A stretch of DNA of 63,026 nt, the filler included, from Diploschistes diacapsis (taxonomy: Eukaryota): assembly GCA_023645945.1 (NCBI GenBank). It is 6 parts of 6 records of this genome, joined end to end, with 100 filler letters (N's around TTAATTAATTAA, not from the genome) between each part and the next. Parts side by side here need not be neighbours in the genome. Positions count along the whole stretch, not along the records: positions 42,115 to 52,521 come from JALAIB010000928.1; positions 52,622 to 63,026 come from JALAIB010000929.1; 4 more parts are not named here. One strand, 5' to 3'. This document shows, one piece after another, positions 48,961 to 62,968 of the stretch. Made by a program: the position numbers and the translations under genes. The notes under the pieces are model-generated. The model searched no databases. It was given only the letters and a program-made list of their open reading frames with translations, and was not told the origin of the DNA. Every line of letters starts with the position of its first letter. Within the stretch, counting starts at the first letter, position 1.

Positions 48961-50127
48961 GTTTGCAAATGAGGTCCTTGAATGAACGAAAGTAGTTGGA
49001 GACCAGATTCTAGCAACAAGCGGATGATTGAAGGAGTCTTTAAATGAGAGAAGTAAGGACAGTCAGTTTCGAGGTCGGGGAATGAACGTGATGGCCAGAG
49101 AGGTCGGAGAACAACGAGGTTCCCCAGAGATGCAAGTGTCAAATGACTGATAAATGAGTGTGTGTACAGAGTCTGGCTCTGGTTCAGAAGCAAAGATGTA
49201 TGTATGTACAAAAGAATGTGAGCTGTCAGGTTGGCAGTTAGTACCAGAGGGGAAGAAGGAGGAAAGAGTTAATGATGTGCACTGCATAAGTAATATATTA
49301 TAGCGCCACGGAAGATGAACGCAACCTGATCGACCTTATCGATTTGTTATCGCCTTACGATTCCCTACCAAATAGGATTAACCTCATCAAACATGCATAC
49401 ACCAAAGATTTGCAAAGTTTAATACTTTAATACCGCCACCGCCTGATTATATTAAAGGATTAAAGGGAGTTGGGAAGGAGAGCATATGCGTGGCGCTAAG
49501 TAAGCGACTTCACACAATATTGTTGGACAGTTTTTCTGAACCGCAGTGATGGGCCGTTGATGGGGCCGTTTCAGATTAGATTGCATGTTGGGTACAGTTC
49601 TCAGCTATGCCCAACTATTAGCGTAGCAGGCATATTCTGGCTGCGCAATGCGGGAGTGGAGAGTGGGAAAAAGCTGATGTACTAGCGATTCAACATGACT
49701 GGCTGCTGCCTACTAGTTCTCAGTTCTCTCTTTGATGTGGAGTACTTGGCGGCGCTGACTTAGCAGGCCAATCAAAATCAACTGCACTCATCCGGCCGAG
49801 TCTGGAACAGTGTCATACTTACACTGGCCTGGAAGCAGCAAGATCTTTAGGTTTCCAGAGTTAGCGGAAGCAAAGTCCCGAGATGGTTTAATTAATTAAG
49901 AGGACTATAATTCCACTCAACGGGTTTTGCTGCCACTTGCCGCAACGGAGGTGAAACAACCTGGTAGAACGGCGGGATGCAGTTTGCCGAGTCGCAGTCA
50001 CGTGCCCTGACTATCCTTAGCATCCAGCCCTACGGAGCTCTCATAGAATTTGAGCTCCTGCTTTTTTTGGTAGCAAAGTGGTTAGCATCTTCTCCAGCAG
50101 CACGTCAACATCCTCGCTCAATTGATC

Positions 50128-50962
50128 ATGGCTAAGTTGGCCCGTACCGCGGCTTCAAGAACTGTCGCTATTCCGGATTTCCTGGTACCCGCCTTCGAAC
50201 CTCTACGACGACATCGAGCCTTCTCTAGCTTTGCGCAATGCAGGTCGCGCATTGGAGCTGCTCCTCTTTCCATACCCCCCAATGTCGAAGTCACCCTCCT
50301 TCCCCCCCCAGCATCGAAGAAAAACGTACTGCGAAGATTTGTACCACCGCAAAAAGTTGAGATCAAGGGGCCGCTAGGTTTGTAGTGTCAAAGCGCCGGT
50401 GGAATATCTACTGATGGGACTGCAGGCTCTCTGAACCTCGATATCCCGCCATATATGACGCTTGATCAAGACGCAGAGGCTAGGAAAGCAACTTTGGCCA
50501 TCCAAGACAAGGAGGAGCGGAAGCAGCGTGAGATGTGGGGTGAGTTGGCACAGTCGTATCGAAAAACCGTAGTCCCTTACATGGATAGGTACTACGCGCG
50601 CTCTTTTGAGCAATCATATACTTGGGGTGTCAGAGGGCCATACAGCCATCCTACGCTTTGTTGGAGTGGGATACCGGGCGCTCCTCGAACCAAAGGCCCA
50701 GACCAAAGAGCCGGAATACCCAGGCCAACAGTTTGTGATTTTGAAGCTTGGATATGCGCATCCGGTGGAGTTGGGAGTGCCGCTGGGAGTCAAAGTCACT
50801 ATACCTCAACCAACAAGAATATTGCTAGAAGGGCCAGATCGGCACACTGTAACACAGTTCGCGGCAGAGATCAGGTCATGGAAGAAGCCGGAGCCATACA
50901 AGGGCAAAGGCATCTTTGTCGACGGCGAGACAATCAAACTAAAGGCAAAGAAGATCAAGTGA
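50128..50962 (+). CDS. MRPL6: Mitochondrial ribosomal protein uL6m
   Basis: SRIGAAP, EIKGPLG, QREMWG, GVSEGH, VGVGYRA, KLGYAHP, KKPEPYKGKGI; two introns. Confidence 0.95.
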
Positions 50963-51436
50963 GCACGGATGAGGATTGATGGGAGCTTTGACGCTGGAGT
51001 GGGGGTGGTGGTTGCAGTTTGGTCTGCCTGTGCGTAATGCGCACAACAATCTAACATTGCATTCGGTACTTTAACTGCATGAACACTCTGCTTGCATACA
51101 GATGTACAAAATAGCAAGAACCGGGATTTTATATGATTTTCTAACATCTGCATCTGCACTGACTCTGGCCTGCATCACTGTGCTCCGTGAACCACCAGTG
51201 ACAACTCAGCCCACAAAAGTGCTGACGTTGACAACCGCCACACTTGGTCGCTTTGCCCGAACACCACCGAGCTGAGCATCAACACGTGAACAGCAGGACA
51301 AACACGGTTTCAAATTAGACAGCATCGCAGCACTATTAATTAATCTAGAAGTCGCCTACCAAAGGAAATATGATATCGTACAAGACTACCTGTGCAACGC
51401 AGACCGTTAGATACTCGGCATTCGGCAGCATAGAAT

Positions 51437-52521
51437 ATGGCTAACCGCACGCTTATCGATGAGGTACGTAGACTAAAGCGTACAGTGCCGGGCTCTTTGC
51501 ACCCACCACGTGAACCCGCGCATGCATCATGCTGACCGACACCGGTTGTAGGCGCATTACTGCCCTCCACTGGACACCAGCCTGTACAGGGCAATCACGA
51601 GTGAATATGATCTTGAAGACCCCACCAAGGTGGCGGAGGTGCGGGGGTTGCTCGACGGCTTAAAGGAAGATGCAGAACTGGAGCAGCAGACGGCATTCGA
51701 TCCATCCGGTTCAAGCAATCCATTAGATGAGACGAGCAACCCCGAGACTAGCGGGCACCGCGGTGGTGCAGCATCCGAGGAATTAATATCGCTATCCGAG
51801 GATACCGGCGTGACCAGCATTACTGGCTCAGTGAAGTCTCTGAACCTAGCGAACGAGGACTCGGGCAGTGCTTCGACGGACTTTGACGACGGGATCGAAG
51901 ATCTCTCCACAACCGAGAAGGAGGACCTGCTAGCCCAGATCAACCCGGAGATCAAGAAGATCCATATCGTCTTGACGCTCAAGAAGAATGGCGGCAACTT
52001 TCAAAGGACGCTTGATGAGCTGCTCAACCAGCTTTGGTTAAAGGAGAATGAGCCGACAGTTCACAAGTCCGTCGACGCCTTTTTCGACGATGGAGTCACC
52101 TTGCGCGGCCGAGGAAACAAGGGCAGGAAGCGGGCAAAGAAGAAGCCCCTGCAGCCATCCAGCTCGCAGTACTCTACCTCTCACCCAACGTCTTCATCAA
52201 GCAACAGCACTTCTCCCGAGCCAAACAGGGACGGCCTTGCAGGACCACCACCAGGAACGCCACAGCCGAGTGTTTGGTCCACCAAAGCGAACGAGATCAC
52301 CTTCCTTGCCGAACGCATCCCAAACATCCCTCGCGATACCCTTGCATCCATTTACCACAGATGCCACGCCTCGTTGCACGAAACTCTAGCAACGCTCTGT
52401 ACCACGTCCTCTGCTCTGATCGCCAGACTCTCCCCAGAAGACCCCGCCATTCAACTAGCCGCCGCCACGCTTCTTTCCACCCACCCCTCCCTCACATCCA
52501 AAGAAGCCATCTTCCTCTCCC
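51437..52521 (+). CDS. CUE/Smr-domain (Cue2-like) protein, 5' part truncated by the contig end
   Basis: MANRTLIDE|AHYCPPLD...AI..EYDL N-terminus and CUE-like LAQINPEI...LKKNGGNFQRTLDELLN. The Smr domain itself is not in the window. Confidence 0.6.
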
Positions 52522-52621
52522 NNNNNNNNNNNNNNNNNNNNNNNNNNNNNNNNNNNNNNNNNNNNTTAATTAATTAANNNNNNNNNNNNNNNNNNNNNNN
52601 NNNNNNNNNNNNNNNNNNNNN
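52522..52621. other. Artificial contig spacer
   Basis: N-TTAATTAATTAA-N. Confidence 0.97.
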
Positions 52622-52638
52622 GCCCCTTAATCCGTCCC

Positions 52639-54797
52639 TCACATCCTCTCCACGGGCGTCAACCCCAGCAACCGCATCCCATTCCCCAGCACCCACCGAC
52701 TGGCCTCATACAGCGCCAGCCTCGCCCTCATGACCTCCCCCTCGCTCCCGATCACCCTCAGCACATCGTAGCTACTGCTGAGCGCATGCGTCATGCGGAA
52801 CAGATACGTTAGCACCGTCGTCGGCTCGTGCGTCTTCAGCGTGTTGGCCACCGTGTCCGGATACCGCGCTATCAGCCTCACCAGGTTGACCGCATGCGGC
52901 GAATCCGTCAGCAGGCCCCAGTCCACGCCGCTGCCGGGCTCGCCGTACTCGGCCGCGGGCACGCCGGCCTTGCGCGCGATGCTGCACAGCCGCGCGTGCG
53001 CGTACTGCAGGTACGGCCCCGTGTCGCCCTCGAAGGAGGTCATGGCGTCCATGGAGAAGTGGTAGTTGTTGACGCGCTTGCCGGACATGTCCTGCACCAT
53101 GACGGACGAGATGCCCAGGATGTCGGCCACGGCGGCCGGGTGCTCGATCTGCGCGTACTTGGCCGCGTTCTTGCGCATCACCTCGTGCATGTGCTCGGCC
53201 ACGTCGCGCAGGATGTCGTCCAGGAACTTGACCGTGCCGCGCCGCGTCGACATGCCGAGCACCAGGCCGAAGGTGACGTGCGTGCAGCGCGAGGCGAGCG
53301 AGGCGTTGCCCATTAGCTCCGTGGCTTTGAAAAGTTGCGAGAGGTGCACGCCCTGGTCGGCGGCGACGACGTAGATTAGCTGGTCGAAGTGCCAGCGCTG
53401 GTCGCGCGAGTGCAGCTCGCCGAGGTCGCGCGTGAGGTAGAGGGTCGTGCCGTCCCTTTTGCGGACGAGGGCTTTGCCGAGCCCCTTGCCTATCTTGCCG
53501 GGCACGTGCTTCTCGAAGTTGATGATCTTGGCGCCTTGCGAGTTCTCTACGAGCCCGGCTTTCTCCATCAGTGCTTCCACGTGTTCGATGCTGGCGTTGC
53601 TGACTTTGGACTCGCCGAGATACTCGTCAAAGGTGATGTTGAGGCGTGCGTAGGCAGCCTTGTACTTCACGATGGAGAGGTCGCGGAAGCGCTTCCATGT
53701 TGCGAGCGCGGCTTCGTCGTTGTCGCACATGGCCCTGAAGTACTGTCGGGCTTGCTCGTCCAGGCCCTTTTCTTTGAGTTCCGTGGCGTCCTTACCGGCG
53801 TCCTCGAGGGCTTTGATTTCTTCCTTTTCTTTCGAGAGCTCGGCATTGATTTTGACGTAGAGGTCGAAAAGGTGTCCGATCGGGTTCTCTTCCAGGGCTT
53901 TCTCGTCTCCATAACGATTGTAGGCGAGAGCGAGAAGGCCATACTGTTTGCCCCAGTCGCCAAGGTAGTTGAGCTTCACGACGTCGTAGCCGGCGCCGGC
54001 GTAGAGATTGCTGAGGAAACCGCCTATTATTGTGCTTCGAAGGTGTCCGGCATGGAAGGGCTTGGCGATGTTTGGCGAGGAAAACTCTATGAGTATCCGT
54101 TTCCGCCCTTTCGAGGGATCGTTTGCGTCCTTCAGCCCTAGCCTGCGGTTTGTCCCAAACGCTTCTTTGCTCTTGAATATTGCGGGTATAACGAGTTCGA
54201 CGATGCTTTTCGGCTTGAAGAAGAATTGAAGGTAGGCGCCGGCGGCAGTTGGCTTCTCCACCATAGGCGATTCCGGAAACTGTACAATCAGAAATCAGCT
54301 GTTTCCTTCTGGGAGATATGTGCCAGTGACTCGAGTAGTCCACCCACCTCGTTTGCCCACTTCGCAGCCAGGTCATTCGGCTTTTCCCCTTTAATCCTAA
54401 GAGCGGGCACGGGCAGTACCAGATCGCCCTTATCTAGTGTCTGCGTCCACTGTATGACTGGATATATTATCTGCGCATCCACTCCGGTTATCTTGGCCAG
54501 CTCTGTAGCGACATGCTCTCGGTAGGCGTCTATGGGGTTGAGTTCTGGGAAGCTGTTGGGGAATTTGGACGCTTCCCCATTGACGGTCATCTTCTTGAAA
54601 CTTTCGACAGTGGGCTCTGGCGTTTGAGTCGCCACCGTCGCCATAGTACGGAGATGGGTCGAGTGTATCAGTGAGCTGCGGAGCTTGGAGGGGCTTTTGC
54701 GGGATAGCGTTATTGGTAGTAGGGCACGACGCTGGGTCGCAGTGGACGATCTACATACGTTTGCACAACCTCGAGCATAAGGAAGGAAAGATCTCAT
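52639..54797 (-). CDS. Arginyl-tRNA synthetase with probable N-terminal mitochondrial extension, 2 exons
   Basis: EFSSPNIAKPFHAGHLRST (HIGH), NYLGDWGKQ, GMSTRRG, GDTGPYLQYAH, GLTPVERM. Intron near 54346-54282. Confidence 0.95.
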
Positions 54798-56267
54798 CTA
54801 TACCATGCACTTTCTTTGATAGGGGTGACTCAAACAGCGTTCTGGCTTTCTATGAGGAACAATGACTGGGTGTAAGCCAACATTACTCAAAGTTGATGTT
54901 GATGCTGATTGGCTCGCGGCTGGAAAGCATTTTCTTCGGCCACTTAGCTTGAGAATGCCATCGTGGCCTTAAGATTTAAACCGTCTGCAAGGCCGCTGTA
55001 ACATCCTACTAGCGGGATCCGCCGTCCTATTACTAACATTTGGACAGCGATAGTGGTTGTGGAGCGCTGCCGATCTCATTCAAAAACGGGTGTTTATGTC
55101 CGCACGGCATTATTGGGAAATCAAAATCATTGGAGGCTGCACACCTCCTTGTAGTCCACTACTGACTCAGTAGAGGGACAGGGTTTTCCAATGTGGCTAC
55201 CCACTAGGCCGGGAAGCCAGTTGTCAGAGCTCATCGTGCAGCAGTGCACACAAGTCTGGCAGCTTTCCAAAGGACATCGCACTGCAGTTTAGAGAGGCAG
55301 TAGTCGCGTGCGAGCTGGGGAAGCCTAGCATTCAAGTCTCATTCATTCATCAGCAAGCACCAAAAGATACTTCGTATGCTATGCTTTGCCAACGCACATA
55401 CGCACACACCGCCCCATCAAATAAACAGTGTGGTAGTAGTTCTAGCGAGCTTACATCCCAGCTATATTGGCGTTTCGGTAGAGTCTCACAAGCCGGTTCA
55501 CGCCCTTTCCCCCGCCCCGATCCTCTCGTAATCCACTATCTGTAGTATCTACTATATACTGACTCTCATTTCACAAAATCGGGACATCTGTCCGACCACC
55601 TCGGGGTGGCAGACGGCAAGTGACAAGCAAGTTTCGGGGCAAGGCTTTGCTTGTTGGTCGCAGACTCGCGGAGTGCAAGCAAGAGAGCTTCTAAGGATTG
55701 GAGCTCTGGCACGGTATCCTTTTTGCAATCAGCTCTTATAGATGTTTATGAGATGAGAAGAGGCAGGTGGGAACCAAGCCTGATGTCCGGGGTCTTGCGC
55801 AATGCCCCCTTCCGTCATAAACTTGCCCCGTCCATTCCTTCAGGTTCCGTTGTTGTTGACGTGAGAGCTAGCTTTCTTCCGCTCTCTTCAACCCGATATC
55901 AAAGACCAAAACTCAATTCTTTTCTTGACTGAATCCAAAGTCACTTCATTTCTCTGCATTGGACCAGTCAGTGGGCTAACCGAAACTCAACCTGTCCCAC
56001 TGCGAATAGCCACTGGCTGTGCTGGCTTGAACCACCACCACTGCACACTGCACTACCCCCTGCGCACATAGCTTTAATACCAATCAAGTACCAGCAAATG
56101 GACTCTAAATTTAATGTGACATGACCCAAGCGGTACCCTTCGCCGATTTTGTCTGCCCAAATCTCTTCAACTGGTGAGAGCCTTCTCATGAACTTCGACC
56201 TCCTTTGTATCGACGTGAGAGCTATACAGCCTCTGTCAATGCCTCGCGCGTTGATGTACCGAACAGC

Positions 56268-57920
56268 ATGGCTGACGAGAGCAGAGAATCGCTAGCCTGG
56301 GCAATGGCTTCGGGCTCCGCTCAAGCGCCGCCAGGCGAGAAACCGTCTGCGCCACGAGAACCCCCCAACGGCGGCGTCGCTGCTTGGACCAAGGTCGTCG
56401 GCGCATTCTTGATATTTATGAACACATGGTAAACTGGCCTCTCGATTTGTGCGACGTGTTTACTAACACCTTCAAAAGGGGAATCGCCAGCTCCTATGGA
56501 GTCTTCCAAGCATATTACCAAAAAACCCTCTTCCCATCGGACTCGACTTCCTCAATATCGTGGATCGGCAGCCTTCAAGCCTTTCTGCTGGTGATCATGG
56601 GCATGTTCACGGGCCCATTGTTTGACATGGGTCTTCTTCGCCATCTGCTCATCGTTGGCAACTTCTTGATTGTTTTGGGCGTCTTCATGCTCAGTCTAGC
56701 GACGCAGTATTGGCAGGTCCTGCTCACCCAGGGTCTATGCTTCGGCCTGGGCAGCGGACTCCTATACGTGCCGACCATTGCTCTCGTGGCCACCCAATTT
56801 ACGACCAAACGCACCGTTGCTGTTGGGTTGGCCTCGACCGGTTCCGCGATAGGTCTGTTGTGATGCGTGCTAGAAACGGTACCCCATTAACCACGTCATA
56901 GGCGGCATCATATACCCCATTCTATTCCGACAACTGCAACCGAGCATTGGCTTTGGCTGGACTATCCGGATCATTGCCTTCATTGCGCTCGCCCTCGCCG
57001 CCGGCGCGCTAATCCTGATTCGAGATATACCGAAGGCTCCCCGCCGCCGCAAAATGTTCCAGCTTCGTGCTTGGACCGAGTTGCCATTTGCCTTCTTCTC
57101 CCTCTCTTTATTTTTTGGCTTTCTCGCGTTCTGGATACCATTCGTCTATGTGCCCACGTACGCACTGACTTCTCTGGGTACGTCCGAGGATCTCGCCTTT
57201 TATATGCTCTGTGTCGTCAACGCCGGCTCGTTCCTCGGGCGTATTGTTCCTGCGTACATTGCTCAGAAGCTTGGCCCGATGCAAGTCTTCATCGCTGCAA
57301 CGCTCGCCTGCAGTGTGCTTCTGTTCGGTTGGATTGGGGTATACGACCTGGGTGGCTTCGCCGCATTCGCCGCGCTGTTCGGTTTCTTTTCCGGCGTGCT
57401 CGTCTCTGTGCCACCCGCTACAATAGCCCACCCGGTTCTTTCACCTTCTCTGGACGTCTTGGGAACGAGGCTCGGCATGCTCTGGTCCATGACCGGAATG
57501 GGCGTGTTGGTAGGAAGTCCAATCGCTGGAGCATTTGTTGACGCGAGCACGGGCAGTACCAACTTCAAAGGCGCTCAAGTTTTTGCTGGGTGCTGCATGG
57601 CAGTTGCCTCTGTCATGCTCGTTGTTCCATTGCTGGCAATACTCCGCTACGATAGGAAGAGGGGAGAAAGCGATGCCACCCGTGTCGAAATTGCCGCCGC
57701 GGTTGCCGGTCTCGAAGGATCGGGAGCGGGAGCCAACAGAGGGCTGAAGGGCGAAGACTTGACAGAGTCCAGTACAGAAAAACGCTCGCAAGCCGAGACG
57801 TCGAGGGCAGAAGAAGGTAGTGGTTCGGGGGCAGTCGAGGTCGAAGACGGTGGATCAGGGATTGCGGGCCTCGATGAATTGGACAAAATAGAAGCAGCAA
57901 AGGAGCATGGCCGCACCTAA
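56268..57920 (+). CDS. MFS monocarboxylate-transporter-like (MCH) permease
   Basis: PPNGGVAAW, NTW|G, ISWIGSLQ, GPLFDMG, QGLCFGLGSG, GFGWTIR, GTRLGM, GSPIAG; two introns. Confidence 0.9.
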
Positions 57921-59312
57921 CAGAGCGGACACCGAAAACAATGAAGACCTTCCTGGGCGACGCCAAAAGAAAGGAATCATCGCCATAATAGAAAAACTCT
58001 AGGGTCGATGGGTGTTGCGTTAACCCCCGCAACATTTCACCATTTAATTTATGGTGACCTACAGCCTCGACGACTTGCTTCGTATAACCGAAGGCCTTAA
58101 CTTTTGGTCACATACCTCGCTTCTGACTTGCATTCAACGTTTTGGGCGCCTGCATCACATGCGCTGGAATCGGATTTGGCTTTTGGGGGGGGGCAATTAT
58201 TTAACGAAAAACATTAACGACATTGCATTTGACGGACGGGACGGGGATGGGACGGGACTTTGCATCGAACTTTGGCAGGATCAGCTCGGCACAGTGGAAT
58301 ATTTGATGGGATGATATGATAATTTCTGGGCATTGGCCGATGTAGCCTCAATGCCCCTAGATGGGTCCCAAGATGGATTTCGCATCGCAAAATAAGGCGT
58401 AAAACAAGAATTAGGAGGGTGATCCGGAAAGTGTTCTGGGCTTCAGAACTACTGGCTGAAGGCTCTTGCGGGACGACGTTTGCGGGGACGAGCTCTCGAG
58501 CATCATTGTGCATATATATTCGCTCAAGATACCATCATGCAAAACCTCGAGTCCTCTCCACGGAAGGGCAGGCATCTCAACTTATCTGCACGTAAAAGAG
58601 ACAGGACGAACGATCTGGCCGTCTTGCACCCTGTATGTGCTGCAGCACCGGGGGAAACAAAGCTCTATCATCCGTCGGGCCCAATTGTTAGCTCGCCGCC
58701 CTTTCTTTTATTTTCGTTAATCTCCGTCCACCCACCACAAGAAAGAAGCGGGGCGAGCTAACAGTTGGGAGAGGCTGTAATCGACACGCGTCGTTCATGG
58801 GGGGTTTAAATCTAAGTCGAAAGGTCCCGGGAGGGAGAGCTTGATTTGAGTCTCTCAAATTTCCCGCCGTGCACAAGTTATTATTGATATTTTCTACACC
58901 GGTCAGCATCTACCTCGTCACTTGTACATACAAAATAAATATATTTTTTGCAAATGCCACACAGTCCCACAGCCTCCTCCAACAATAACAATCAATTAGG
59001 GGAAAGAAGCTTCTGGCGTCCAGTGGGCTAAAAGTGGCTCATTTAATATTAATCTTAAAAAGGTCTAATTATATTCCTGTAGCGGGCCATTTATCTATAT
59101 CCATCCTGGCTGGCTGAACTCGTTTTTTCTTCAATTTCTTCTGCGCCTCAGGGTTCAAAGCTCTGCAACTACCAGTGGCTGCTGTCTAGCCCTTTCCCCA
59201 ACGTTTTACTGTTTAGATTTTCGTATATGCGTTAAGCCGTTAAGCCTCGTTCCATCACCCATTGGGGTATGGTCCAACTTCCAAAGCCTCTTCTTTTCGT
59301 TATGAAACCTAA

Positions 59313-59340
59313 ACCTGAACCTGAACCTGAACCTGAACCT
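59313..59340. repeat. (AACCTG)n hexanucleotide microsatellite
   Basis: About 5 tandem units. Confidence 0.8.
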
Positions 59341-59926
59341 GCTACCTACTACACGCTCCTTCTCTACATCGCCCATTGCCCGTTAATGCCCAAACAAACA
59401 AACTCGCTCAGCTTCTGATTCCTTGTCTTTCATTCTTCGAGAGCCTTGCCAATCATTTGTTAATTTCGCACAGCTGAAGCGTTCGTGTCTTGGACCATAG
59501 AGGATTCCGATGCAGCTTTTAGGTGCACGGTCATGGGCTGTTACTCTGCTGCCTCTGTCCATGCTACTACGCGTGCCTCTGTCTTAACTTCCGCTGCCAT
59601 TAGTATTCTCTCATCTTGGGTTGTGCTGTCACCTCCCTCGCTCGATTAGCCTCCTCGGAAAGGCTTGTACGACGACCCAGGGCTTTGACACCTTCCGGAC
59701 AAACTCTGCTTACCACGTTCCTTTTAACCAAAAGAGCCTTGCTGCAGGTCTGAAGCTCTCTTTGCTCTTCTTTTTTGAAACTCGACTGCCATACAACTTC
59801 CCAGTCTCGGCCTTCTGGTTGATCGGGGCGAGGATGCGGAGTCTAGTGTTGATTCCCGCTTTCAACTGAGTTCGAAAATCCCACCTACGGACCCAAACAT
59901 CACTGCCCTTTTACCTAATTCAATCC

Positions 59927-61213
59927 ATGTCTTCTTGCTTGACGAGGAACAAGTGGCCATCTGTACATTCGTTATGTATTTTTTGAATAATAGTCGCGTG
60001 GCAAAAGACACACGCACGTCGCAAACCCTGTGCAAACGTATGTGTGCATGCAGATCATCAACTCCGCGGCGGATGCTAACGTCGATACAAGTCGCTCACA
60101 TATTTTCTCGCCCAAAGAGGCTTGCTCTGCTTCTGCTTTGGGCCCTATTGATTGCTGTCATCATAGTCTACAGCATCGACGACGTCTACGTTGCGCATGA
60201 CCGGGTGGGCTCCGCAAGGTATCTCAAGGAGAGGATCCTCAAGAGTCTTGGCCTGGCCTTCAACGACGGCGTCCCCTTTCAATGGAATGGCGAGGTGGGG
60301 GACAAGGTCATCGTGATGGCCCATACCCACGCCGAGGATGTATCGTGGGTCAAGGATCAACTACCAGAGTAAGTCCCCCCAGCATCCAATCAAGACATGC
60401 TCGCTCTCTCGAATTGCTCTGCTTGAGAGAAATCCGTTGAAGCTGACCTCGGTAGCTGGCAACGCGCAATCTACAACGTGGAGCTCACGCACCCGGTGGG
60501 CGAAAGCCTGGTCGTTCCCGAGAACAAAGGCCACGAAGCAATGGCCTATCTCACCTACATCATAGACCATTATGATTCGCTTCCGAGCATTCTGCTGTTT
60601 CTGCATGCTCACAGGGATGGCTACTGGAAGGCGTGGCATACTGACGCTCCCCTGCACGACAACGTACTCGCAGCCCGCGCCCTCCAACTGCCGTTCGTGG
60701 AGGAGCAAGGCTACGTCAACCTCCGCTGCAAGCTCCATCCGGGCTGCGTCAACGGGCCCAAATCGGGAGCCGAGAAGACGCTGACGCCGGAGATCTGGAA
60801 CGGCTTCTTCGGCAACAGCAGCACCCCTCCCAGGTGGCTGGCCATGCAGGTCGAGAGCTACGAGCCCATTCCCACGGACCCGAGAAGGTTCGATTACAAC
60901 ATCGACCACCTCGTCGACAGAGTGCCCGAGATCAGGGTGGCCTGCTGCGCGCAGTTCGCGGTTTCCCGGAGCTCGGTCCTGCAGCGGAGTAAGGGGGACT
61001 ACATCTCTTTCCGCCAGTGGCTGCTCAACACAAATCTTCCCGACAGGACGAGCGGAAGGGTGTTTGAGTATCTGTGGCACATCATCTTTGGCGAGTTGGG
61101 CGTTCAGTATGTCCTTGGGCTTTTTCTCCGTTCTGCGTTGGAAGGTGCTAACCGGTCGGTACAGTTGTCCGGATGCAGACTTTTGCTACTGCGCGGTCTT
61201 CGGCAGGTGCTAA
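59927..61213 (+). CDS. DUF3431 family membrane-anchored protein (start approximate)
   Basis: N-terminal TM, NKGHEAMAYLTYIIDHY, FLHAHRDG..AWHTD, GYVNLRC, CCAQFAVSR, SGRVFEYLWHIIFG, C-terminal CYC..FGRC. Confidence 0.88.
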
Positions 61214-62936
61214 ACCGGGACCCTACGTAAGACGAGGCAAGGCAAGGCAAGGCATTTTACTTGGTTTTGGTTGGGTTGGTATTTCGACGAAAAGCTCGTA
61301 ACTGGCATCCAAGGCGTTATATATAATGATACCCCCTTTGCGACAATCGATTCTTGCAGTCCACCTGTTCGTGGTCCAGAAGATGCATCTGCAGTGTGTA
61401 CTTGTACCAAACCCATGCATCCTTAACAGCATATTTCTGCCACTGATTCTCCAAGCGACAGGACAAGGGCAAGCAGCAAGGATCGACGAGGTGGTGCTGG
61501 ACCCTGTGCCTTCCCATCTCTATGCTGGTCAGTCTCGGAAGGTCAATATGCACCGGGCGCTGTTTTCCCTTGCTGCAGGACTTTCTTTGACGACGGACAC
61601 TGTCCTTTTTTTTTTCTTTTCCTCCGTTATCGGAACAGAATGCGCAAGTTCTAAATGCTCGGCACCATAGGGAACCAAAAACGATAACTCTCGGTTTTGA
61701 CAAAGAATTAATTCTACTGATGATCGACCAAAGGCAAACAAACCCGAACGGCTCTCCTCATCTGCTTGTCGGCATACCAGCCTACACCTTCCTCAGCCGG
61801 TAACACAACTCCTGCCAGCAACCCCTTCACACAGGAGCCGCAGTATATACCGACTATATAGAGCCAGTCCAACAGCGCCCCATGTATCTGCAATCTTTCG
61901 CCCCGTCTCGCTCGTCGTTATCGCCATCGTTCGGATCCCCCCATGGGACAGAGTGTCAACGGCGTCTTGTTCCGATTCGGGTCTATTAGATTCGATTTTT
62001 TGATTCTTATGGCTGAGCGAGCGAGTGAGTGATGCTGCCAGATGCTCCTGTCCTACCGGTCGTGTACTTTCTGCTTTGCCTGCTACTACTTCAAGCGGGA
62101 CCTAGCAAGGGGCTGTCCAGTAAATAGTCGCTGCGAAGCACTCGGCTCGTCCTCGAGTGATTTGCATCGCTTGGGATTTTTAGTTTGTGGTTCTTGGAGT
62201 GTTTCGGTTGAGAGGGGAATTCGCTTTTTCGGGAGCTGCTGGGCACCTATCGGGGGATTGCTCTGTGGTAGGTAGGCTTTTCGCTGGGCTTGGAAAGTAA
62301 GTAAGAACGGTACTTTCCACTCCGGTTAGATTTCCGTTTCCATTTCCGTTCTACTCAGACTTGCATCCCAATCCCACCTTCCCAATCATTCCTCGCTTGC
62401 CCTCCGTAAGCCAAAGAAAACAGGTTTCTCCTCGCTAGGCCGCGGCGCACGGTGCTTTTCCCCCTCTGCCTCCTCTCTGATCCCCCCTTCTCCGCCCCCT
62501 GAGACCATCCTCTACCACAACACGTTTTCCTTCTCCCTACTCAATCTCTTCTCCGTTCTCTCTTCTATCCCATCCCTTCTTCTCCTCCCCCTATATACTC
62601 CGCTGCTCTCCTCTCCTCTATCGCTACTACAAACCGCACCCAGTCACATCCTTTGTTTACCACAACCACAACAAGGACAGCCAAGCCATCCCAACTCCAA
62701 GTCATGCTATGCCGAGACACAGGCACGTCGCTCCTCCTCTGGACGCTTTTTTTTTCCCAGTTCTTTTTTTTCCAAAAAAAAAAAGGGGGGGGGAAGGCTA
62801 CACAGGGACGGGGTGACCAGAAACAGACGCTATATTCATTCCTGGCGATGAATCAGACGCGGGGGGAAGTTGGGTCCCAGGTCCTATCCGTAGTCCGTTC
62901 GTTGGTTCATTCAGCACCATCTTACTTGCGCGCGAA

Positions 62937-62968
62937 AAGAAGAAGAAGAAGAAGAAGAAGCAGAAGCA
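62937..62968. repeat. (AGA)n microsatellite
   Basis: AAGAAGAAG... tract. Confidence 0.75.

Noticed and set aside
49888..49899. TTAATTAATTAA identical to the linker core
   Set aside because: No flanking Ns, and it does not fit the contig-size series. Probably a natural AT-rich intergenic word.
52772..54376. Long antisense and alternative-frame ORFs over ArgRS (similarly over GH128, DUF3431, MFS)
   Set aside because: Shadow ORFs caused by high GC3 codon bias; no recognisable motifs.
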